Below the pieces are notes generated by a model that was not told the origin of the DNA, did not search any database, and saw only the letters and a program-made list of their open reading frames with translations. This document shows positions 1 through 7,411 of a stretch of 64,000 nucleotides of DNA, one piece after another. Every line of letters begins with the position of its first letter. Positions within the stretch are counted from its first letter, which is position 1. Source of the DNA: a virus; the IMG/VR virus record IMGVR_UViG_3300030441_000198; one strand, given 5' to 3'. The position numbers and the translations under genes are program-made.

Positions 1-1
1 T

Positions 2-76
2 TTTGATGAGGATAAGGCAAAAGAATATTATAAGAAGACTTTTTATGGTGTGAATACACACAGCTTGGAAGACTGA
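2..76 (+). CDS. 3' end of an upstream gene (partial, unknown product)
   Basis: Open frame runs in from the window edge and stops at TGA 74-76. Confidence 0.2.
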   Translation, partial: FDEDKAKEYYKKTFYGVNTHSLED

Positions 77-84
77 GGTGTGTG

Positions 85-753
85 ATGGCTGATACTTATA
101 TTAAAATCTGGGATACTTATGAGAGCTACTTTGAACCCCTTAGTGCTGCTGAGGTGGGGCGTCTGGTACTGGCGATGATGAAATATAAATCGTCTGGAAC
201 GGAGCCTGAGCTCAACGGAAATGAGCGGTATGTGTGGCCTGCTATCAAGAGAGATTTGGATAAAGATGCCGAATACATCGAAGGTAAGAGAATTTCTGGT
301 AAAGCTGGTGGCTCATCAAGCAAGCGTAAGCAAAACGAAGCAAACGCAAGCAAAACAAAGCTAGAAAAAGAAAAAGAAAAAGATAAGATATCGTCTTCGT
401 CTTGTGATGAGACGACAACGACGAAACCCATCGAGGATGTTTTCCGAGAGAATATCGGGAAGCTTGGTGCTACTGGTCAAAAGGCTTTAGCAGAATATGT
501 TGAGCGCATGGGTGATGAACTTGTACTTGCTGTGATTGGAAAGTGTTCTGATCTCGGCGGTAGTACATGGGCTTATGTGCGAAAAGCTCTGGATGAAGCA
601 GAATCTCTTGGTTGCAAGACCGCTGATGATTATCGCCGGGCTTGTCCGATAGGGAGTGGTCGTAACACAAGAGTGAGTAGGGAGATGCCTAGTTGTGGTG
701 ATTGGCTGAAGAACGCAACGCATAGACGTCCGCTGATAAAGAAAGACGCTTAA
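85..753 (+). CDS. DnaD-domain / phage replisome-organiser-like replication protein
   Basis: C-terminal region (KALAEYVERMGDELVLAVIGKCSDLGGSTWAYVRKALDEAESLG) resembles a DnaD-like domain; RBS GAGGTG before ATG 85; lies in the replication module. Confidence 0.45.
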   Translation: MADTYIKIWDTYESYFEPLSAAEVGRLVLAMMKYKSSGTEPELNGNERYVWPAIKRDLDKDAEYIEGKRISGKAGGSSSKRKQNEANASKTKLEKEKEKDKISSSSCDETTTTKPIEDVFRENIGKLGATGQKALAEYVERMGDELVLAVIGKCSDLGGSTWAYVRKALDEAESLGCKTADDYRRACPIGSGRNTRVSREMPSCGDWLKNATHRRPLIKKDA

Positions 754-776
754 AAGTAATATTTTAGGAGGAGCTT

Positions 777-968
777 ATGGGTAATTGGTACAAAGTATCA
801 GGTCAATACGATGACGGTTGTAAGGTGTATAAGAAAGACTATATCGTCTTTGCAGAGTCCAGCTCTGATGCAGAACAAAAGATTTTTCACTTGAAATTGC
901 CGTATGATTGTTCTTTTTTTCCTTGCACGGTAACTCAGTTGATTAAAAATATTATTTATGAATTTTAA
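777..968 (+). CDS. hypothetical protein
   Basis: 63-aa ORF with RBS AGGAGGAG 6 nt upstream; co-directional gene array. Confidence 0.35.
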   Translation: MGNWYKVSGQYDDGCKVYKKDYIVFAESSSDAEQKIFHLKLPYDCSFFPCTVTQLIKNIIYEF

Positions 969-997
969 TAAAAGAGTGATTTTAGGAGCGTGATTAT

Positions 998-1183
998 GTG
1001 AATGAAGATATCGTTTTGCGAGGCGATGAAGCAAAGCAGTTTGTGTATAATCTGCATCATCCCAATGTTGCTAAAATAGTGGAAGAGAATAGACGACGGG
1101 ATAAGGCACTTGATGAAGTGAACTATCAGGAAACAGATGATGGTTTTACGTTTGACATTGATAAAAGTAAATTGGAGGTTTAA
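998..1183 (+). CDS. hypothetical protein
   Basis: 61-aa ORF, alternative start, AGGAG upstream. Confidence 0.3.
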   Translation: MNEDIVLRGDEAKQFVYNLHHPNVAKIVEENRRRDKALDEVNYQETDDGFTFDIDKSKLEV

Positions 1184-1186
1184 ATT

Positions 1187-1588
1187 ATGGGACTGTTACT
1201 TGGCTTGGGTTTGCTTGGAGCGGCATTTGGCATTGATGCAGCAAAGCAAGCACCGTTTGATAGAGCGTATCGTCGTCTGGAAAATGAGTGGGGAACTTGT
1301 ACATCGGAAGAGAGTAAGCGATGTGATGCTCTGAAATATGCCGTACAGAACGGTTTGTGTTTCGAGAATGAAAAAAAGCCTGTAATTGAGTGGCAGAAGC
1401 TGAGGGATCTTCAGTGGAAATATCAGCTGGCTGGTATTTCTTGGCCGAGAGAATCCGCGATTCGAGATGTGTGTCGTCTAGCAGCTCGTGACCGTGGTTT
1501 TGAATACAAAGGATATCTGCGAAACACATTAACGTTTGGTTATATCACTGATCCGAAAAATATTTGCAAACTTGGCATCGTAGATTGA
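1187..1588 (+). CDS. hypothetical protein
   Basis: 133-aa ORF, GGAGG RBS upstream. Confidence 0.4.
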   Translation: MGLLLGLGLLGAAFGIDAAKQAPFDRAYRRLENEWGTCTSEESKRCDALKYAVQNGLCFENEKKPVIEWQKLRDLQWKYQLAGISWPRESAIRDVCRLAARDRGFEYKGYLRNTLTFGYITDPKNICKLGIVD

Positions 1589-1602
1589 GAGGAGATTTGA
1601 AA

Positions 1603-1917
1603 ATGAATAACACTCGTAGAAAAGCTATTAAGCAGACTATTGATCGTTTTTGTTCCATCCGTAAGAAGCTGGAAGAACTTGTATCTGAGGTCGAAAGTGT
1701 AAAATCCGATGTTGAGGATATCCAATGGGAAGAAGAAGAGTATCGTGACAATATGCCGGAAAACCTGCAGGAAAGTGAACGGTACGATAAGGCAGATGGT
1801 GCTTGCACAAACCTGTCCGATGCCGTGGATTCTCTTGACGATATGATTGGTGCGATTGGTGCGTTGGATTTTGACTTTGATGATGTAACTACTTCTCTGG
1901 AGGAAGCAATGGAATGA
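1603..1917 (+). CDS. hypothetical acidic protein
   Basis: ATG 1603 preceded by GAGAGGAG; acidic 104-aa product. Confidence 0.4.
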   Translation: MNNTRRKAIKQTIDRFCSIRKKLEELVSEVESVKSDVEDIQWEEEEYRDNMPENLQESERYDKADGACTNLSDAVDSLDDMIGAIGALDFDFDDVTTSLEEAME

Positions 1918-2102
1918 TTAAGACCACAAACCCATTAAAGAGAAGTGCATGGGCTGTGTTCTTGTACAAAGGCAGACAAGTTTATTCATATCTTTTGCGT
2001 AATAGTAATCTTGGGGACAAGGAACGCATGGTAGAACTGTTGGCACGAAGGTACATGACAGAGCCTGAGAATATTGTTGTAGATATTGAATTTAGAGATT
2101 GA
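1914..2102 (+). CDS. hypothetical protein
   Basis: 62-aa ORF overlapping the previous stop (ATGA). Confidence 0.3.
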   Translation: MIKTTNPLKRSAWAVFLYKGRQVYSYLLRNSNLGDKERMVELLARRYMTEPENIVVDIEFRD

Positions 2103-2196
2103 GGTGATAGAGAATGACCGCGTTTGTAATGTTTGCTTTTAATGTGGTACTTATAATAGCAGCGAATAGTAATCCGTTTGCGTTTTAAGTGGAGGC

Positions 2197-2430
2197 ATGA
2201 ATATGAAAGAACTGGAAGAAATTTACAATCGATTATATGATGAATACATTGACGCTAGACGAGAGCATTTTGAGTCTGCTATCGATATGAAAAAGAATGG
2301 TGATAGAATATATCTACATGGTAAAGTGCATGGGTTAGAAATTGCTATTAACATCGTCGATGAAGTGCTCAATGGGGTTAAGGCAGAATATATCAAGGAA
2401 GCTTTTGACGTAGACCCATATAAAACCTAA
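2197..2430 (+). CDS. hypothetical protein
   Basis: 77-aa ORF, GGAGG RBS. Confidence 0.35.
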   Translation: MNMKELEEIYNRLYDEYIDARREHFESAIDMKKNGDRIYLHGKVHGLEIAINIVDEVLNGVKAEYIKEAFDVDPYKT

Positions 2431-2451
2431 ATTCTGTGGAGGATTTGAAAA

Positions 2452-2712
2452 ATGACAGACAAGGAAAGAATCAACGAATTGCGTAAGGGCATTTGTAAGC
2501 TGGAGCGTCACCTAGATAATGTTTGGAAAGATTTAGGGCTAAAGAATTTTCAAAACAAGATGCAAGAGTTCCGAGCATATGATTACTACAACACGATTCT
2601 TATGACAATTGACATTCTTGGTGGCGACCATCAGCGTAACGAGAATGGCAGGCACAAGATTTTTGTTGCTGGTGTGACTGATGATACTGAGGTAGACCAC
2701 AATGAAGATTGA
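2452..2712 (+). CDS. hypothetical protein
   Basis: 86-aa ORF, GGAGGA RBS. Confidence 0.35.
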   Translation: MTDKERINELRKGICKLERHLDNVWKDLGLKNFQNKMQEFRAYDYYNTILMTIDILGGDHQRNENGRHKIFVAGVTDDTEVDHNED

Positions 2713-2917
2713 TTTGACTCTCAATGAAGCACGAGTTATACAAGAGGCGCTTGATGCGACGAGTTTGTGTCGGTCTGGATGCTACATTGGTTACAAGAGT
2801 GACGATGAGGATTTATGTTTCAGACTTGATAAGAACGGAAACTACCGCTGTAAGCTGATGCGTGAAATCGATTCTATCAATAACAAGATTGAAAAAGCAA
2901 TGCACAAGGGTCGATAA
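2702..2917 (+). CDS. hypothetical protein
   Basis: 71-aa ORF overlapping the upstream stop. Confidence 0.3.
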   Translation: MKIDLTLNEARVIQEALDATSLCRSGCYIGYKSDDEDLCFRLDKNGNYRCKLMREIDSINNKIEKAMHKGR

Positions 2918-3231
2918 AATCCGGGTTCTTGTGGATACTTAACAAAAGGATGTGCAGATCGATGATATAACTATTGATGACGTAGGATTATTAGTAAAAT
3001 TTTGGTAATTTTGATAATTGTGTTGAATAATATCTTTATGCGGTGTATGCTTGAGGCAACCTCAACACAAGATGGTCAAGCTAAAAGAATGTGAGGTTAA
3101 TATAATGTGGATTATGATAATTTTGTTTATGGTATTGAATGCTGTGCACGCACTTGGTATGTTAGAAGCGCTTTCTGATGCTGATGACCAGAGTGAGCGG
3201 TTGGCGATGGAACAGGGAAAGGATAGTCGAA

Positions 3232-3462
3232 ATGGATAATTTGAAACCGTGTCCGTTCTGCGGTGGGGAAGTTGCCATTGCAGAGGGTGGTTATCGCCAA
3301 ACACGATGGATGTATGTTACGAGAGGAAACAAAGAAAATAGGTGCAACTGCTATGTTATCATGGAAAGCAAAACTTACGACTTTGATTGCTCTGAAAAAG
3401 ACAAGGAAAGAATTAAAGCTGACCTTATCGAAGCATGGAACAAACGAATTTGTAAAAGTTAA
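3232..3462 (+). CDS. Lar-family restriction alleviation protein
   Basis: MDNLKPCPFCGG...CNCYV matches the Lar/restriction-alleviation family signature (N-terminal KPCPFCGG zinc motif, about 75 aa). Confidence 0.55.
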   Translation: MDNLKPCPFCGGEVAIAEGGYRQTRWMYVTRGNKENRCNCYVIMESKTYDFDCSEKDKERIKADLIEAWNKRICKS

Positions 3463-3481
3463 GATTTAAGGAGAGATAGAT

Positions 3482-3775
3482 ATGAGAATTGTAGATATTG
3501 AACCTTTAATGGATGAGCTTTCCGAAGAAATTGATGCCGCACAGATTCGAGGTGATACAGAACGCATTCAAATTTTTACGGACGAATTAGATGATATAAG
3601 CTCCATCCCGGTTATTGACGATTTGAACACGAAACTTAAAATTAGTAGATGGGTCAGAACAAAGAAAATGATCGTCTCTTATCGCTGTGAAAAATGTGAT
3701 TTTGAAATTGAAGGGACGCTTTTGTATAAATATTGTCCTGAATGCGGAGCAAAAATGCAGAATTCAAGAGACTGA
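3482..3775 (+). CDS. hypothetical protein with C-terminal zinc ribbon
   Basis: CEKCDF...CPECGAK CxxC..CxxC pair; RBS AAGGAGAG. Confidence 0.4.
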   Translation: MRIVDIEPLMDELSEEIDAAQIRGDTERIQIFTDELDDISSIPVIDDLNTKLKISRWVRTKKMIVSYRCEKCDFEIEGTLLYKYCPECGAKMQNSRD

Positions 3776-3805
3776 TAAAAGCTGAGATTTAGGGGGAAAG
3801 TTTAC

Positions 3806-4054
3806 ATGGACAAAGTGAAATATTCTGATTACAACATAGAAGACCTGAAACAGAGAAGGAAATCTTATGGGAACGGCATTGAAATTTGCAGAAGTGGAGA
3901 TGGAATTGACACTTCAATCGGTAGCAAAGTATGTTTTCCTGGACAAACATTGTTGCCGGATGAAGCGATTGCTTTTGCGGAGAATCTAATTAAGGTTGCG
4001 AATGAAGCAAAAGATTTCAAGTATAACGGATGCTTTATCAATTGGCTTGAGTAA
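3806..4054 (+). CDS. hypothetical protein
   Basis: 82-aa ORF, RBS GGGGGAAAG. Confidence 0.35.
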   Translation: MDKVKYSDYNIEDLKQRRKSYGNGIEICRSGDGIDTSIGSKVCFPGQTLLPDEAIAFAENLIKVANEAKDFKYNGCFINWLE

Positions 4055-4241
4055 AACTAATCTTTTATAGGAGGTGTTTTATGACAAAGGAAGAACGTGT
4101 GGCAAGAATTGCAAAATATTATACTACACTCCACTTATTCGGAGATTGGTACTTGGTTTGGAATTGGTCGAAAAATTGCCGTAGTTGGATGCGACTTATT
4201 CCATATTACATTTTGACGAGGATTAACGAAGAAGGCGTAAA

Positions 4242-4577
4242 ATGATTTATACGGTTACAATGATTGACTCGTTTAAGAACGAGCAGAATGCGAAATTCAG
4301 TTCGCCAGTGTCAAACACCAAAGACATCTATTGGATGCCGGATGATAGTTGGATTGCTGGATTCTTTACAGATTTAGCAGAGGCTATTCGAGTTGTTAAA
4401 GAAAACGTGACTGACATCTTTGAACATTGTTATAATTACGCAGTCGTTGAAGGATACGAGGAAGGTCTGTATCCAAGACCGGAACTGACGAGGTGGTTTA
4501 AATATGATGCTGAGAGTGACACAGCATTCGAGATTGAACCGCCGCTGCATAATAAGGTGGCTGGATATGCTTTTTGA
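4242..4577 (+). CDS. hypothetical protein
   Basis: 111-aa ORF. Confidence 0.35.
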   Translation: MIYTVTMIDSFKNEQNAKFSSPVSNTKDIYWMPDDSWIAGFFTDLAEAIRVVKENVTDIFEHCYNYAVVEGYEEGLYPRPELTRWFKYDAESDTAFEIEPPLHNKVAGYAF

Positions 4578-4772
4578 AGAAAGGGGATAGGAGTTATGAA
4601 TAGTGTACTTATTGATCGGAACGTAGCTAAGAAGGTAGAATCCATCTTCGAGCATCCTGATAAGGTCTATTCGGTGTATTTGAAGGCTGGCGGAGATGTC
4701 GTTTGGCTACAAGGTGAAATTGAGTTGTATGAATTTTTGCGCAGCTTATAAAACCAATATTTTTGAAAGGAA

Positions 4773-5399
4773 GTGATTTTTATTAACTCAAATCTGTTAA
4801 TAAATCGTGAGCAAAGTATTGCTGTTGTATGTATAATGTGCTTGCTGGTAGGGAATCTTGTATCGAAGGTCAGCCCTGTGACTCAGAAGCGGAGTAATTC
4901 GTACCTTTATAATAGTAGTCCTTCAGCAGTGAGTATTGTACAACAAGAGGAAAAGGAGCCAGAAATCATTGTAGAGACTGTTATTGAGACGCGGATTGCG
5001 AACTTCAATCAGGGAAAGCGCGAACTCACTGATGATGAGCGTGCTCTTGCGGAGCAGATCGTTGCTTGTGAGGCAGGGGCTGATAGCCTAGAAGGTCAGA
5101 TGGCTGTCGCCCAGTGCTTATATGACTCCGTTGTGATTGATGGAATTACAATTCAGGAAGTTTTTAAGAAGTACGGGTACAGTACCTTATATAATAGGAA
5201 GGTGACGGCAGAGAACGAGCTGGCTGTATCTATGGTGTTTGAATACGGCGCTAAAATTTCAGACAAACCAATCCAATGGTTTGTGACCCCGGCGGCAGCT
5301 CCCGGCAGTTGGCACGAGCGAGGAGCAACGTTTGCTGGACAATTTGGCGCACACAGGTTCTATTATAACGCAAAGTTGGTTGTGGATGATGCTGAGTAA
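4773..5399 (+). CDS. cell wall hydrolase (SleB/Hydrolase_2-like) with N-terminal signal/TM segment
   Basis: C-terminal LAEQIVACEAGADSLEGQMAVAQCLYDSV...WHERGATFAG resembles the SleB-type cell-wall hydrolase domain; start uncertain (GTG 4773 or ATG 4836). Confidence 0.5.
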   Translation: MIFINSNLLINREQSIAVVCIMCLLVGNLVSKVSPVTQKRSNSYLYNSSPSAVSIVQQEEKEPEIIVETVIETRIANFNQGKRELTDDERALAEQIVACEAGADSLEGQMAVAQCLYDSVVIDGITIQEVFKKYGYSTLYNRKVTAENELAVSMVFEYGAKISDKPIQWFVTPAAAPGSWHERGATFAGQFGAHRFYYNAKLVVDDAE

Positions 5400-5453
5400 A
5401 TGGTATCATCTAAAATTTTGATAAAACTGCACAACAAAAAGATGTGAAATATA

Positions 5454-5481
5454 TTGACTAAAACAAAAGGCTGTGTATAAT
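5454..5481 (+). promoter_or_regulatory. sigma70-like promoter (TTGACT ... TATAAT)
   Basis: TTGACT 5454-5459 and TATAAT 5476-5481 with 16-nt spacer, upstream of the 5524 gene. Confidence 0.4.
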
Positions 5482-5523
5482 ATATCTTGAAAGTTGTTTG
5501 CGTAAGTGGAAGGTGGTATTGTG

Positions 5524-5850
5524 ATGAGTGAGAGAAAGGTTTTGAAGATTATACGGGTTGATGATTTTTTAAAGTACATAAGAAAAAAGCGAGTGTGGGT
5601 TTGCTTTGTTTGCAATGGTGTGGATGTCCACATGATCTGTAACAAAATGACCGACATTAGCGCAGAGACGCATGGTATTGTCAAAGGTGTTGGCTTTTTC
5701 GGGAACGAGAGTCATGTTGAGCTGCGGAAAGAATGTCATGAAGTAAGAATGGTGGAGTTTAGGCCTAGTAGCAAAGAGAAAGCTTATGAGATGATCTTCG
5801 GCAATACCAGCGTGCTTGTGTCAGAGAATCCTGAGTTGTACGGTCACTAA
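5524..5850 (+). CDS. hypothetical protein (possible partner or antitoxin of the downstream MazF-like toxin)
   Basis: ATG 5524 with RBS GGAAGGTGG; 108-aa product; sits directly upstream of the mazF-like gene. Confidence 0.35.
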   Translation: MSERKVLKIIRVDDFLKYIRKKRVWVCFVCNGVDVHMICNKMTDISAETHGIVKGVGFFGNESHVELRKECHEVRMVEFRPSSKEKAYEMIFGNTSVLVSENPELYGH

Positions 5851-5868
5851 AATGTTTTCAAAAACCTC

Positions 5869-5897
5869 TTGACTTCTGCAATGGTATCCTGTATAAT
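5869..5897 (+). promoter_or_regulatory. consensus sigma70 promoter carrying the conserved GTATCCTGTATAATATAGCTAT motif
   Basis: TTGACT 5869-5874, 17-nt spacer, TATAAT 5892-5897; motif 5884-5905 recurs seven times in the phage. Confidence 0.55.
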
Positions 5898-5940
5898 ATA
5901 GCTATGGAACGGAGCTACACTATTATAGAGGAGAAAGACT

Positions 5941-6360
5941 ATGGACAACAATATTGACCCAAAGGTCGGAGAGGTTTGGTTGGTTGATCTATCCAACGCG
6001 ACAGGTCATCAGCAGCGCGGTATTCGACCGTTCGTTGTGACGAGCAACAATAAGCGCAACTTCTTTAGCCCCACGATCAAAGGGAATCCATTGTCTTCCA
6101 GAATATACAAGCACTCTCCGGTTCATGTCCTACTTTCAAAGGAAGACTGTGATTTCTTAGAGGTTGACAGTATCGTTCTTTGTGAAGAGACTGACACACT
6201 TAACAAAGGACAGTTCATCAAAAAACTTGGTGTCTTGTCGGAGCGTCAGATGAATATGATCGCAATGGCAAGATGCAAGGATGAACCGTTTTTGCTCGCA
6301 GCATTCCTGAGCGGCGTACAACATACCATGGAATTTCAGAATTTTGCCGCATTTGCTTGA
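5941..6360 (+). CDS. mazF: MazF/PemK/EndoA-family endoribonuclease toxin
   Basis: GEVWLVDLSNATGHQQRGIRPFVV...SPTI aligns with the EndoA/MazF signature ([24 protein letters not shown]...SPT); RBS AGAGGAG. Confidence 0.7.
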   Translation: MDNNIDPKVGEVWLVDLSNATGHQQRGIRPFVVTSNNKRNFFSPTIKGNPLSSRIYKHSPVHVLLSKEDCDFLEVDSIVLCEETDTLNKGQFIKKLGVLSERQMNMIAMARCKDEPFLLAAFLSGVQHTMEFQNFAAFA

Positions 6361-6413
6361 TTTTTCATAATGGTTAATGGTACACTACATATAATAAGAA
6401 GGAGTGTGCCACT

Positions 6414-7340
6414 ATGCTTACTGAAGAAAAGATCAAAGCTTTTGCTGAAAAGTATTCTGATAGAAGCGGTGAGTTTGTTGTATCGACACTTAGCCATGTT
6501 ATGGATTACGAGGCCGAGTGTGGGTATGAGCTATTCGACTTCATAAAGAGTGATTTCGTAAAGATGTTTTCCCAGTATAACTGGGTAAACTCAAGCCGCT
6601 CATTCAAAAATGTGAAGTCGATAATCACAGGCTACATCAAAAGCGAAAACGAAACAAGTATGTATGATCTAGCTGACTTTTCAGAGAGCGATGTAAGCGC
6701 AGACAATATGTATGCGGATAAATACTTCGCATCAGTTGATGAGTTTGTTGACTTCTTAAATAAGTACGAAGAGCCATATCAGATTCGCATGAACGTGATT
6801 GCTGCACTGTACTGGATTGGCCTTACTTCTGAAGAAGTTTCTAACCTGACGATTAACGATGTCGATTTTGAATCTTGTACAGTTCTTGACAAGACCGATG
6901 TTGACGCAAAGTTGATAGATATTATTAAGCAGTGTTATGAAATGAAACAGTATGACGCTCCCAATAAGGGAGGGTATAGAGCATTCTATGTCATGAATGG
7001 TGATTACATCATTCGTAAAACCGATGATAGTATCGGTGCAGACAGTGATCCAAAGATGTCTACGAACACAATTCACACCTATTTTACGCGGTTGAATGAT
7101 ATCCTTGAAAGAAGATATCATTCGAAGATTTTAGACCGAAGACATCTTGTCAGAAATGGTGAGTATGTGAAGGTCTACAACTACTGCCAGAACCACCCAG
7201 AATATAATTTTACGAAACTTGGTTTTGATAGGGGTGGGGATTCTCTTGCCAACATTATTGGTAGAGAATGTTGTAAGACGGCCTATCTTAGTTTCCGACA
7301 GGGATACAAAGGTTGGGTCGAATATTTCCATAAAAATTGA
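6414..7340 (+). CDS. hypothetical protein (weak integrase-like segment, no catalytic motifs)
   Basis: 308-aa ORF with RBS AAGGAG; ALYWIGLTSEEVSNLTINDVDF resembles the start of a tyrosine-recombinase catalytic domain but R..H..R..Y residues are not evident. Confidence 0.4.
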   Translation: MLTEEKIKAFAEKYSDRSGEFVVSTLSHVMDYEAECGYELFDFIKSDFVKMFSQYNWVNSSRSFKNVKSIITGYIKSENETSMYDLADFSESDVSADNMYADKYFASVDEFVDFLNKYEEPYQIRMNVIAALYWIGLTSEEVSNLTINDVDFESCTVLDKTDVDAKLIDIIKQCYEMKQYDAPNKGGYRAFYVMNGDYIIRKTDDSIGADSDPKMSTNTIHTYFTRLNDILERRYHSKILDRRHLVRNGEYVKVYNYCQNHPEYNFTKLGFDRGGDSLANIIGRECCKTAYLSFRQGYKGWVEYFHKN

Positions 7341-7345
7341 AAACA

Positions 7346-7368
7346 GGGGGCTTCTGCCCCTTGATTTT
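7346..7368 (+). terminator. rho-independent terminator
   Basis: GGGGC-TTCT-GCCCC hairpin followed by TTGATTTT. Confidence 0.55.
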
Positions 7369-7376
7369 AACGTGTT

Positions 7377-7396
7377 AGCTATATAACACAGGATAC
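7377..7396 (+). promoter_or_regulatory. conserved motif AGCTATATAACACAGGATAC (promoter/operator) upstream of the Pnkp-like gene
   Basis: One of seven copies of the -10 box plus GTATCCTG/CAGGATAC box motif. Confidence 0.45.
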
Positions 7397-7411
7397 TTAT
7401 TAGAAAGGGAA

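Noticed and set aside
6414-7340. Possible second tyrosine integrase
   Set aside because: Only a short stretch resembles the start of a recombinase catalytic domain; the conserved R, H, R and Y catalytic residues are not evident, so it is kept as hypothetical.
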